A stretch of 64,000 nucleotides of DNA from Myxococcota bacterium (GCA_039028615.1 JBCCHT010000010.1:96001-160000); one strand, 5' to 3'; counted from the stretch's first letter, positions 37,201 through 45,993 are shown. Notes: generated from the letters alone by a model not told the origin. Made by a program: numbers and translations.

Positions 37201-37873
37201 GGCGGTGCTGTGGAAGCTGGACTCGCCGGACAAGCCGGTGCGCACCTTCGACAAGCACGAGAGCGACATTACGGCGGTGGCGATGGGGCCACGAGGCAAG
37301 TGGGCGGCCTCGGGCAGCGCCGATCATCGGGCGGTGCTCTACGACATCAGCAAGTCCCGGCCCACCACCACCACCTTGCGCAACCACTCGGACACCATCT
37401 CGGTGATGGCGTTCCAGCCCACGGGCAAGTGGCTGGCCACGGGCAGCGACGACAAGACGATTCGCCTGTGGGACCTGCAGTCCGAGCATCCCGACGAGGG
37501 CTCGAGGGTCCTGCCCGATCACGAGGGCGGCATCACGGACCTGCTGTGGAGCCCCGACGGCACGTGGCTATTGTCGGCCAGCAACGACGGTGCGATTCGG
37601 CTCTGGGACATGCGCAAGGACATCGGCGAGATGATCGAAGGCGTCATCCTGCTCGACGGGCACTCCACCGTGGTGCGCCAGCTGGCGCTGGTGCCCGGCG
37701 ACAGCGACGAGGGCATTCGGACGGTGGTGTCGGCCAGCTACGACGGCACCGCGCGCGTGTGGCCGCTCGAGCCGACGCCCTTGGTCATGATGGGCTGCGC
37801 CCGCGTCGGCCAGCGGCTGTCCGAAGAAGAGTGGGCCCAGTACATCGGCGGGGACTACGACCCCAGCTGCTGA
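34232..37873 (+). CDS. FHA - Pro/Gly/Ser/Met linker - STAND-like helical module - TM - about 16 WD40 repeats
   Basis: FHA VGR..VSSKHC..DMGSTNGT; W....K....LLTGAKL..A..W...HREFI module; TM; repeated GH...WD/WN units; C-terminal C..VGQRLSEEEWAQY..C. Confidence 0.9.
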   Translation: MIRLSIAEAGKPPQLLTFNASSITVGRAATNELCLTGTGVSSKHCRITRQGDAFYIEDMGSTNGTYVNRQKVQAPMPLGPQDEVVMAVYRLRILANNETGAPRPVTGAQAVVGPQSGVAATPGRRGHAPTAHVPAPNPGQPMPGQRNAPSGGYPSVPGSSPSMPGMPGHPGSSPSGAPVTGYPGSSPSGMVPQAPNPNMMGSGQSPVSQGPAPGMMGSGQNPVSQGPAPGMMGSGQNPAQAPSQAGAQGGQDLAGPSGRSPVDSDVGWEREWQQVEKMSQAWLGSGKNSSVLLTGAKLKHARQWLAQGRGKRPAPTSLHREFIVAGTRASRLRSFGLATVGLTLVAAVGVGGWWYSQQASTEGEGDDEGTTTLVDAGGGKGPTNRSGDQGDRGRSDEIAAQAEALLEVDPLVAAQLATEAVASLPRNEPALDAPAFRVFRKAMRKMPGRPLRGTRPIKAVALSPDGHWAITSEDDGRGTMRLWDLYKSGILSPGYLRGHSQTVSMMEVSRDGRWLITADSDGLIHRWNLQETDPSSTGTQLSAHRAAITALSLSGNGRWLASADDTGQVRVWDLEPTLPSSVLMTKGPEVKVTDVAINFDGTRVIASSEDGMARNWKLTDGRPGRAPIFVRHSEDEENPIAVTSVGVANDDSQALTGVSDGTVFMWVPTSRAPTRKWEPRTGHKKAVNHMEVSVDSSLAVSAAEDNNLIVWNLGSGASSVKMSGHTGEIHQLELFSMPADFPAGRRPPTTAFSASADGTARSWNLDNRNAGIESRTFTGHVGGVNSVAVSGDGQWVLTGGGGGVARLWDWQSVPAGEESDSELPEVGSASLVARGHAKAVVAVGIDNYGRRMLTGSADGTARVWDLRNPTRVHAMPLKDKHESRISVAAVSSDPRYGVTGDDSGRLVLWQISQDEPAGLVLEGHGGELTDVEFTPEGDRMVSVSTDNTARIWTIGKDIKESVAVLQHADEVTRLAISGDSKWLLTGALTKAVLWKLDSPDKPVRTFDKHESDITAVAMGPRGKWAASGSADHRAVLYDISKSRPTTTTLRNHSDTISVMAFQPTGKWLATGSDDKTIRLWDLQSEHPDEGSRVLPDHEGGITDLLWSPDGTWLLSASNDGAIRLWDMRKDIGEMIEGVILLDGHSTVVRQLALVPGDSDEGIRTVVSASYDGTARVWPLEPTPLVMMGCARVGQRLSEEEWAQYIGGDYDPSC
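34826..34945 (+). repeat. 48-bp in-frame tandem repeat x2.5 (MMGSGQ[S/N]PVSQGPAPG)
   Basis: Units start at 34826, 34874 and 34922 and are nearly identical at DNA level. Confidence 0.85.
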
Positions 37874-37945
37874 GCGGATGCCGGAATTGGCGACGCGACC
37901 CTCGTCGATGGGGGCCGCGTCATCGGCTCGGAGTGGCTCTCGAGC

Positions 37946-39760
37946 CTAGTGCGTGCGAGCGGTGTGCTTGATGCAGCGCTTCTCGTGGGGCCCGCACTTG
38001 AAGCGCACGTGCATGTGGTGAATGTGCGCGGGCGAGTGGGAGAGGATGCCCGCGTTGCTGTGGGGCCCGCGGGGCCACTGGATCGTCTCCTCGAGCTCCT
38101 CGTCGCTGACGCCGAGGAATTTGGCCGCGTTGTACACGTTGGGCTGGATGGTGTGGTCGAGGAAGATGTTCTGCACCGCGCCCGTGTCGATGAGCGCCCG
38201 GACGAGGCCCCAGGTGGCGAACCAATCCGCCTCCTCGGGGTTGGGCCGGCGACCCCATTTCTCGTCGCCGTCCTCGGTCAGGTACTTCTCTTTGAACACG
38301 CCGCGCACGGTGGGGAGCCAAATGTCGATGTCGCGGCCGGTCTGGTGGGACTTGTGCGGGTTGAAGTGCCCGCCCTTCCTCTTGGAGACGTCGGCCAGCA
38401 CCAGGGTGCCGTCGAAGTCCATGTCCTGCCGGAACTTGGCGACCGCGGTCTGCACGTTGGCCACGAGGTAGCCCGAGCCCCACATGATGTAGGCGTAGCG
38501 CCGCTTGTACAGGTCGGGCTGGTCGGGGATCTGGACCGCGTTCTCGAGGCTGCCGCTGTTGGGCGAGCCGATGGCCTGCGCGTTCTTGTCGAGGACGAAC
38601 TCGGGGATCTTCTGCCGCGGGAGCTTGGGCGCGTAGGGCTTGGGGTCGATCCAGATGGTGACGTCCTCGCCCGCCTTGAGCTTGGCGACGCCCGGGTTGT
38701 AGGCCCGTAGCTTCATGGCCGACACGCCGAAGCGCGCGGAGAGCTTCGACCAGGAGCTGTCCTCTTTTTCGAGCTCGTAGTTGATCTTCTGCTGGGCCAA
38801 CGGACGCTTGGTGGGCTTTTTGATCTTGACCTCGTCGCCCGGGTTCAAGTTCGGCTGATCGGGGTTGATCAGGTTCCACTCCGCGATCTTGGCCACGGTG
38901 ACGCCGTAGCGCTGCGCGACGTCGTCGAGGGTCTCCTCGGGCACCATGTGGTGCGTGATTTCCTTTTTGATCTTGGCTCGAGGCTCGCGGGGCTCGGGCT
39001 CGGGCTCCGGTTCCAGCTCGGGCTCGGGCTCGGGCTCGGCCTTGGTCTCGGTCTTCGCCTTGGTCTCCGGCTCGGGCTCGGGCTCGGACTCGGGCCACAG
39101 CACGACGGTCGCCGCGACCAGGCCCCCCAGCACGAGCACGCCCCCGGCGATGGTGCCTACGCGCTTGGCCGCGCGCCGAGTATTGGCGCCCCGGCTCGCC
39201 TCGATGATCTCCCGCTGGAGCGGCGTGATCTGTTGCTGTCGGTCGGCGGGAGTGCCCGCCAGCCAGGCCTCGGCTCGCTCGAGCTCGCGCGGGCGCAGGG
39301 TCAGCTGATCGGTACGACCGGCCGCGGCCCACTGCTCGGCGGCACGCGAGATTCGAGCATGCTCGTCCCGCCACGCTCGATCGCCGCGCTGCATCAGGAT
39401 GCCCGCCCCCTGTCCGACCTCGCGGGTGCTCTCGTCCAGCATCGCGGTCGGGTTGTGCGGGCTGACGCCCGCGGCGGTGTTGACCTGGAGCAGGTACTGC
39501 CCCACGTAGATCCGATCGCGTTCGGTCAGCGGTTGCGACCGCTGCACGGGAGCATTGTTGACGAAGGTCCCGTTGGTCGAGCCGCGATCCTCCAAGACGC
39601 ACTGATGGCCAGTGACCAAGAAGGCGCAGTGGTGGGAGGACACGCCACCGGCTTCGAGCACGATGGTGTTGTCGGGCGCACGGCCCAGGGTCAACTCCAT
39701 CGCGTCGAGCGGGATGGTCTTGACCGTACCGTCGGGAGCGGTGATGCGGAGCGAGAGCAT
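37946..39760 (-). CDS. FHA - STAND-like helical module - TM - LysM(s) - MepA-type penicillin-insensitive murein endopeptidase
   Basis: FHA LGR..VSSHHC..DRGSTNGT; LysM HMVPEETLDDVAQRYGV..IAEWN and a second degenerate LysM; HKSHQTGRDIDI and HIHHMHVRF LAS-peptidase motifs. Confidence 0.88.
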   Translation of the reverse strand: MLSLRITAPDGTVKTIPLDAMELTLGRAPDNTIVLEAGGVSSHHCAFLVTGHQCVLEDRGSTNGTFVNNAPVQRSQPLTERDRIYVGQYLLQVNTAAGVSPHNPTAMLDESTREVGQGAGILMQRGDRAWRDEHARISRAAEQWAAAGRTDQLTLRPRELERAEAWLAGTPADRQQQITPLQREIIEASRGANTRRAAKRVGTIAGGVLVLGGLVAATVVLWPESEPEPEPETKAKTETKAEPEPEPELEPEPEPEPREPRAKIKKEITHHMVPEETLDDVAQRYGVTVAKIAEWNLINPDQPNLNPGDEVKIKKPTKRPLAQQKINYELEKEDSSWSKLSARFGVSAMKLRAYNPGVAKLKAGEDVTIWIDPKPYAPKLPRQKIPEFVLDKNAQAIGSPNSGSLENAVQIPDQPDLYKRRYAYIMWGSGYLVANVQTAVAKFRQDMDFDGTLVLADVSKRKGGHFNPHKSHQTGRDIDIWLPTVRGVFKEKYLTEDGDEKWGRRPNPEEADWFATWGLVRALIDTGAVQNIFLDHTIQPNVYNAAKFLGVSDEELEETIQWPRGPHSNAGILSHSPAHIHHMHVRFKCGPHEKRCIKHTARTH

Positions 39761-39802
39761 GAGCGAGGGGGGCGTCGGCGCGAGGTTGCCGACACCAGGC
39801 CC

Positions 39803-41848
39803 TCACATCTTATACGTGCGCTTTTCGGTTTGTAACGCCTGCTTCGACGCTACGAACTTGGCCTTGCTCTTGACCGCCCCGGCCACGCACTTGCCCAAAG
39901 GAGAAGTCCGGCTGGGGCCGACCGCATTCGCGCTGAGGATGCCGCCGCTGCTCTTGATGGCCGCCTCGACGGTGATGCTCTGGCCCGGAATCGCGCCATG
40001 CTTCTTGCCGCAGGCTTTGGCGGCCTTGGCGGCTTTGCCGAACCCCTTGCTCAGGTGCTTGGACGTTCGGTGAGCCACCGGCCCGCTGGGAGGCTTGGGT
40101 CGGGGCGTTTTGGGAGGCTTGCGGGTGGTCTCGGGCTCGGGCTGCGGCTCGGGCTCGGGTTGCGGCTCGGGCTCGGGCTCCGGCTCGTCGTCGATGATCA
40201 AGCCATCGTCGTCCCCGTCCGCGCCGTCATCGGCCGCGGCTGCCCCATCGTCGGCGGCCGGGGGCGCAGTGGTCATCCCCGGCATGGGCAGCGGCTCGGC
40301 TTCGCGCTTGGGCTTTTCCTTGGTCTCCGGGTCGTCTTTCTTGGCGACCTCGGCCGGGGTGTCCTTGGCCTTGTCGGCCTCGGGCTCGGGGTCGTCGCCC
40401 ATCAGCAGGAAGGCGGCGAGGCCACCCAGCGCGAGCGCGGCGACACCACCCCCGATCAAGATGGCGAGCATGCCCTTCTTGTTGCCGCCGTCGTCGTAGG
40501 TGACCGGATCCCCGGAGTACGTGGGATCGGCCTGCTGCGGCGGCCGGGTCTCGGGGCCCGGCGGAGGATTGGTGCCCGGGTGCTGATGTCCGCCCATCAT
40601 CGGCGGATTGCGGGTGATCGCGGCCGCGGCCGGCCCGGTGGGCAGGACGTCCTGGCCCATGCCGTCGAGCATCATCGTGCCGCCCGGATCTGGGCTCCAG
40701 CCGGTGGGGCCCTTGATGTCGGGACCGTTGAGCAGCTCGGGCGGGACGCTGTCCCCGTCGAGCAGCAGCGTTCCACCGGCGCCCTCGGGGGGCTGGCTCG
40801 GCGGACCGTGGTTGGCCTGGGCGTTCTGGCCCAGCCACATCGTGTTGCCCTTGCCGTCGTCGAGCGGCAGCGTGGACGCGGGGCCCGTGGGCGGGTTGGT
40901 GTGCGGCGCGGCATAGGCCGCGGCCTGCATGCCGCCGGCGAGCAGGGTGCCGTCGGGACCGAGCGCGAGCAGGGCCTGCTCGAACTCTTTCATGGTCTGG
41001 TAGCGATCCTCGCGCTTCTTCGACAGCGCCTTGACCACGATCGACTCGACCATCGGCGGGATGCCGGCGTCGGGGGCCATGGTGCTGGGCAAGGTGAGCG
41101 GCTCGGTGAGGTGCCGCGACAACACTCGCATGAAGTTGTCGCCGTCGAAGGGCACCATGCCCGTCAGGATTTCGTACATCAGGACGGCGGCGGCGTAGAT
41201 GTCGGTACGGCCGTCCGCGGTCTCGCCACAGGCCTGCTCGGGGGCCATGTACTTGGCGGTGCCGAACACCGCTCCGGTGCGGGTGAGGCCCTTGTCGTGC
41301 TCGGCGTCGGTGACCTTGGCGATACCGAAGTCGAGCAGCTTGATGAACTCGCGCCCGTCGGCCTTGGTGATGACGAAGCAGTTCGCCGGCTTGAGGTCGC
41401 GGTGGATGATCCCCTTGTCGTGGGCGGCGTGGAGCGCTCGCACGATCTGGAGCATGAAGTTTTGCACCCGCGGCCAGGGCATGCGGCCGTCTTGCTTCAG
41501 GGTGTCGGCCAGGTCGCGACCCTGGAGGAACTCCATGGCGAAGAACACCGAGCCGCCGGGCACGGGGCCGAAGTCGACGATGTCGACGATGTTCTCGTGT
41601 TGGATCATCGAGGCGGCTCGCGCCTCTTGCAGGAAACGATCGACGTGGGTCTGGTCGCGGCACAGCTCGGGGTGCAGGACCTTGAGCGCGACTCTCTTGC
41701 GCAAGGTCACGTGTTCGGCGAGGAACACGCTGCCCATGCCGCCGTCGCCGATGACCTTCTGAACCTGGTACCGGTCCGCGAGGATCGTGCCGACGAGGTC
41801 CTGCGGCGAGGACCACATGCCTTCGGGGGCTCCGCCGTTCTCGGTCAT
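39803..41848 (-). CDS. Membrane Ser/Thr protein kinase with C-terminal AgmX/PglI (TonB-C-like) domain
   Basis: IGDGGMGSV, VALK, HRDLKPAN, DFG, YMAPE; TM; C-terminal AKACGKK..ITVEAAI..LGKCVAGAV. Confidence 0.93.
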   Translation of the reverse strand: MTENGGAPEGMWSSPQDLVGTILADRYQVQKVIGDGGMGSVFLAEHVTLRKRVALKVLHPELCRDQTHVDRFLQEARAASMIQHENIVDIVDFGPVPGGSVFFAMEFLQGRDLADTLKQDGRMPWPRVQNFMLQIVRALHAAHDKGIIHRDLKPANCFVITKADGREFIKLLDFGIAKVTDAEHDKGLTRTGAVFGTAKYMAPEQACGETADGRTDIYAAAVLMYEILTGMVPFDGDNFMRVLSRHLTEPLTLPSTMAPDAGIPPMVESIVVKALSKKREDRYQTMKEFEQALLALGPDGTLLAGGMQAAAYAAPHTNPPTGPASTLPLDDGKGNTMWLGQNAQANHGPPSQPPEGAGGTLLLDGDSVPPELLNGPDIKGPTGWSPDPGGTMMLDGMGQDVLPTGPAAAAITRNPPMMGGHQHPGTNPPPGPETRPPQQADPTYSGDPVTYDDGGNKKGMLAILIGGGVAALALGGLAAFLLMGDDPEPEADKAKDTPAEVAKKDDPETKEKPKREAEPLPMPGMTTAPPAADDGAAAADDGADGDDDGLIIDDEPEPEPEPQPEPEPQPEPETTRKPPKTPRPKPPSGPVAHRTSKHLSKGFGKAAKAAKACGKKHGAIPGQSITVEAAIKSSGGILSANAVGPSRTSPLGKCVAGAVKSKAKFVASKQALQTEKRTYKM

Positions 41849-42090
41849 GTTCGGATCATCTTTCCTGGGGGGCCGAGCATACCGCAGTTGCCGATGCGCT
41901 GGGTTGGCGATGCCCTACCGGAGCAGGGAACGCACGACGAGTCGAAATGGAGTGGCGCAGGCCGTGGCCGGTCTGGCCCCTGCGGTGGGTGGCCCCGGGG
42001 ACGAGGCCTCGATGCTACCGAATTCGCAGGAAAAACGGGCCCTGGGCCGGCCAACCCGAGATCTCCACCCATTTCGGGTGGGAGTCGGAC

Positions 42091-43761
42091 TCACAGATCG
42101 GAGTCGAAGTTGAACGATGCCCCCGCCAGCGCGGCGCCGATCGAGGTGTGAACGGCCGGTTCCCCCTGCGCATCCGTGCGGACCTCGAGGGCCACGGCGC
42201 CTCGCGGGCTGCGGGGGAGGAAGTTGGTCGAGGCGTCGGCGAGCCGGGCGGCGAGCTCCTGGGAGGTGGCCTGGGGCGGCAGATCGTCGCGTACGGCCTG
42301 CGTCAGGCGCGAGGCTCGCCCGGCCAGGATACGTCCCGGCAAGGTGAGATCGTGCTGCCCGGGCTGGACCATCGGGGCGGCGGCGAGGCGGAGCCGGTCG
42401 GTGCCCTGCTCGCTGCCCAGCACCAGCACGCCGCGGGCCGCCAGGGCCCGCTGACGATCGATGGAGGCCAAGCGCTCGGTGGCGACGGTGGGGCTGCCCT
42501 CGTCCTCGCCGAGCTGATGCGAGGCCGGGCTCACCAGGGCGCCGGCTCGGCCGAAGATCTGACCGGGGCCGCCGGTCTGACCGACGCTGGCCGAGATCAT
42601 CGACGCGACGCCCCACACCGGGCTACCGAACACGATGCGGCGGGCGAGCTTGTTCTGTTCGTTGGCGAGCACCACCGCATTCGAGGCGGCGCACAGCCAC
42701 GAGGTGCTCTCGTTCTTGCGGAGCTCGGTCCAGCCCTCGGGGGCCGGGGCGGCCTCGGGCAGGTCGTCGAGCCAGGCTCCGGTGGTGCCCTCGGGGATCT
42801 CCACGACGATCGGCACGCGGCTGCGCGCGCCGAGCTCGGCCAGGGCCTGCAGCTTCTCGATGGTGTTGACCGGCAGCGCCACGAACACCGCGTCGGGGCG
42901 CTCCATCGGCGGCACGTCGAGGCGCGGTCCGAGGTGCGCCACGAGTGCGTCGGCGTTGGTGTCGACGAGATCGATGCCGAGGTCGTCGGCCCCGGGCGAG
43001 GCGGACACGACCATTCGGAGCCCACGCCACGCGGACTCGAGGTCGCTGACGGTGGCGGCGGCCATCAGGTCGAGCGCGGTGGACTCGACGGCGCCGTCGA
43101 TGAGCTGCGCGACTTCTCGCTCGATCGGCGTGCCGCGTTTTTGGGTGGTCGTGCTGCTCGACTTGCTGCCCCGCATCGCGCCGATGAACGCGTCCAGGCC
43201 CGACTTGGCGGCCGCGGTCGGCTCGGCCGAAGTGGCCGGCGAGGCGACGTCCGCCTTGCCGAAGATGGCGTCGAGGGCCGAGCCGCCCGACGAGGTCTCG
43301 GGGGCGGGGCTCGGGGCGGGCTCGGGGGCAGGGGCGGGCGCTTGGGTCACCGCGGGAGCGGGAGCCGGGGCTTCATTCGCGGCGCCCGAGCGTAGCTGCT
43401 CGATCGCCTCGATGAGCTTGCCGCGGCCGACGGCGGCCTCGACCTTGCGCACCGCGGCGTCGAGGTTGCCCTTCTTGGTCAGCTCGGCGGCGATGCCCGA
43501 CAAGGTGCTGAGGACCTCGACCTGCTTGATGACCTCGGTGAGCCGGAACTCGGTCGGGCGCGCGAAGGTCAGCGAGACGCTGCGCGTGGCGGCCGAGCCG
43601 AGACCATCGGGAATCTCGACCGTGGTCGACAGGCCGACCTTGGACATTACGGTACGAAATCGCTCCCCCGAAGCCGGCGTCACTCGGCCGGTTGGAGTCG
43701 CGCTGAAGGGGGCGGCGACGAGCCATCGGAGGGGTCGCGCTTGGCCGACGGGCGAGGACAT
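42091..43761 (-). CDS. Type VI secretion contractile sheath-like protein (TssB-like N-terminus fused to TssC-like domain)
   Basis: LRWLVAAPFS..VSLTFARPTEF....VIKQVEVL (TssB-like); LIDGAV....LM......LESAWRGL (TssC-like); WTELRK..WL. Confidence 0.7.
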   Translation of the reverse strand: MSSPVGQARPLRWLVAAPFSATPTGRVTPASGERFRTVMSKVGLSTTVEIPDGLGSAATRSVSLTFARPTEFRLTEVIKQVEVLSTLSGIAAELTKKGNLDAAVRKVEAAVGRGKLIEAIEQLRSGAANEAPAPAPAVTQAPAPAPEPAPSPAPETSSGGSALDAIFGKADVASPATSAEPTAAAKSGLDAFIGAMRGSKSSSTTTQKRGTPIEREVAQLIDGAVESTALDLMAAATVSDLESAWRGLRMVVSASPGADDLGIDLVDTNADALVAHLGPRLDVPPMERPDAVFVALPVNTIEKLQALAELGARSRVPIVVEIPEGTTGAWLDDLPEAAPAPEGWTELRKNESTSWLCAASNAVVLANEQNKLARRIVFGSPVWGVASMISASVGQTGGPGQIFGRAGALVSPASHQLGEDEGSPTVATERLASIDRQRALAARGVLVLGSEQGTDRLRLAAAPMVQPGQHDLTLPGRILAGRASRLTQAVRDDLPPQATSQELAARLADASTNFLPRSPRGAVALEVRTDAQGEPAVHTSIGAALAGASFNFDSDL

Positions 43762-43935
43762 CGTGAACCGACCCTACCCGTGCCAAAGATCCCCTGACAA
43801 GGACCGAGCGGTCGAAGTCACCGAATCGACGGGAAGTGGATGTCGGATGGGGTGCGAGTCCGGCCGTAGATCGCACGCGCGCGACCGCCCGCGGCCACGC
43901 AGCCGAGCGGAGCGGTCGACGTCATTGGTATCGTT

Positions 43936-45402
43936 GTGGCTTCCGATCCGATGGCATTGCTCGATGAAGCAGCGGACGAGCTCGCCTCGCTCGACCGGGC
44001 GCTCGAGGCGAGAGCGGGGAGCAACCCCGCAATCGTGGAGCTTCCCCCGATGCATACCGTGCTGTGCCCCGCGGATCGTTTTGGGCCCGACACCTTCACG
44101 CAGTTCGGCATCACGGCCTGGGAATCCATGGTGGGCCACGGCCCGGATCCGCATTCCTTCGCCATGGCCCTGGGCGTCTACCAGCCCGGTCAGCTGCCGC
44201 GCTCGTCGGTGCAGGCGATGCAGGCCCGTCGCTTTCGCGAGGACCCGCAGGCGCTGCGCCACGAGGATTTCGACGCCTGGCTCGTGCATGCGGTGCACGC
44301 CCGCGTGCAGCAGCGGCTCGAGTCGCGGCCGGTCGAGGACCTGCGCATCGACTTCGAGGGGGGCTACGGCACCCGCGACGACGCCGAAGAGGACCGGCAC
44401 GCCAAGGGGGCGGCCGAGTCCATCGCCGACGCGACGGAGCGCGGGGTGGTCTCGCCGCGGCTGGGTCTGCGGATCAAGCCGCTGTCTCGCCGGGCGGTGG
44501 GGCGAGCGGTGCGGACCCTCGAGGTGTTCATCGACACGCTGTCGGGGTGCTTGCAGCGGCAGCCGACCGAGCTGGTGCTCACCTTGCCGCAGGTCTCCTT
44601 GCCCGAGCAGGTCTCGACCGCCGCGCACTTGTTGTCCGTGCTCGAGCAGCGCCATCGCTGGGCTCCCGGGTTGGTCCGCATGGAGCTGCTCGTCGAGACC
44701 ACGCCCGCGCTGTTCGACGAGGCGGGTCGCTGTGCGCTGCCTCGGTTGGTGGGCGCGGCGGAGGGGCGCTGCGTCGCGGTGCACCTGGGCAGCGAGGACT
44801 TGGCTCGGGCCTGTGGACTCGCCCCCGAGCTCGCCGATGGCGAGCACCCGCTGAGCGACCTGGCCCGCGGCCTGTTGCGCCTGGCGCTGGGGCGAACCGA
44901 GGTCACGCTCTCCGACTCGATCACCGGACCCTTGCCCGAGGGTCCCCACCCGCTGTCGGGGCCGCTGTCGGCCGCGCAGCGCTCGGACAACCTGGCCGCA
45001 GTGCATCGGGCCTGGCGACGCGGCCACGCCCAGATCCTGCACGCGCTACGGCAGGGCTTCTATCACGGCTGGGATCGCCACGGCGCCGAGATCCCGGTGC
45101 GCTGCGCTGCCAACTATCGCTTCTTCTTGCTGCGCTTCGACGAGGCGGCCACCCAGCTCCGCGAGCTGCTGACCCACGCTACCTCGGCGGTGGTGCCCGA
45201 CCAGCACGGCAGCAGCACGCGGCACGGGCAGCGCCTGCTCGACTTCGTTCGCCGGGCGCATCGCTGCGGAGCCATCGGCCAGGTGGAGCTGGAGCGGGTG
45301 GGGCTCGAGCCGGCGGAGCTCGACCAGCCGCGCTTCGTCGAGCTGGTGGCCCACCGCCGGGCCCGAGCGCTCGAGGGGTCCGAGGCTCACGGACGCTTGT
45401 AG
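43936..45402 (+). CDS. HpcH/HpaI aldolase/citrate-lyase-like protein (DUF6986-like)
   Basis: HTV..PADRF, PVEDLRIDFEGGYG, LGLRIKP, ELLVETT, GFYHGWD; start 43936 or 43951. Confidence 0.75.
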   Translation: MASDPMALLDEAADELASLDRALEARAGSNPAIVELPPMHTVLCPADRFGPDTFTQFGITAWESMVGHGPDPHSFAMALGVYQPGQLPRSSVQAMQARRFREDPQALRHEDFDAWLVHAVHARVQQRLESRPVEDLRIDFEGGYGTRDDAEEDRHAKGAAESIADATERGVVSPRLGLRIKPLSRRAVGRAVRTLEVFIDTLSGCLQRQPTELVLTLPQVSLPEQVSTAAHLLSVLEQRHRWAPGLVRMELLVETTPALFDEAGRCALPRLVGAAEGRCVAVHLGSEDLARACGLAPELADGEHPLSDLARGLLRLALGRTEVTLSDSITGPLPEGPHPLSGPLSAAQRSDNLAAVHRAWRRGHAQILHALRQGFYHGWDRHGAEIPVRCAANYRFFLLRFDEAATQLRELLTHATSAVVPDQHGSSTRHGQRLLDFVRRAHRCGAIGQVELERVGLEPAELDQPRFVELVAHRRARALEGSEAHGRL

Positions 45403-45980
45403 TGCGTCGTGTAGACCACGTCCCCCGGTAGGCGCGGGGAGAAGATGCGGGTGACGATCTCGAGCCGACCTTCGTCGTCGATGCGATAGGTCCGCTCGCC
45501 GCCGCCTTGATCGGTTTCGACGCGGGTCTGGATGGTCTCGCCGTCGAGCTTGAGCGAGCCCTTGGCCTCGTCGCCTTCGTCGTTGACGGTCTCGAAGACC
45601 TTGCCGTCGGCCGGGGCCACGAAGGGCTTGGGTCGCTCGCTGCGGCCGATGGTCACGATGCCCTCGGCCTCGCTGATCTCCATGGTGGCGTCGATGCGCA
45701 CGCTCTCCTCGAGCCGCGACTGCGCCATGCCTCGGATGAGGCCATTCATCTCGCTGGTGACCTTGCTGACCGCGGCCAGCGAGGCCTCGCTCTCCTCGGT
45801 GCCGCCGATGTGCTCCCACTTGCCCGCGAACTTGGCCACGGTGGACTTTTGCTCCGCGCTGAGCTCGACCGGCTGCATCTTGGCGGGAGGCGGGGCTTCT
45901 TTGCCGCAGGCGGCCGCGAGCAGCAGGCCGGCGAGGGCGAGACCGAGGGGGCGAACGAAGGGGGCGCGCACGATGACCAA
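45387..45980 (-). CDS. Hypothetical lipoprotein (lipocalin-like beta-barrel pattern)
   Basis: Lipobox AAAC; FAGKW motif followed by beta-strand pattern. Confidence 0.7.
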   Translation of the reverse strand: MVIVRAPFVRPLGLALAGLLLAAACGKEAPPPAKMQPVELSAEQKSTVAKFAGKWEHIGGTEESEASLAAVSKVTSEMNGLIRGMAQSRLEESVRIDATMEISEAEGIVTIGRSERPKPFVAPADGKVFETVNDEGDEAKGSLKLDGETIQTRVETDQGGGERTYRIDDEGRLEIVTRIFSPRLPGDVVYTTHYKRP

Positions 45981-45993
45981 CGGTACCGCAGTC

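Noticed and set aside
38985..39095. (GAGCCC)n hexamer runs here and near 40130-40185, 58765-58800 and 60190-60230
   Set aside because: Encode ordinary Pro-Glu linkers; in-frame units give no phase variation
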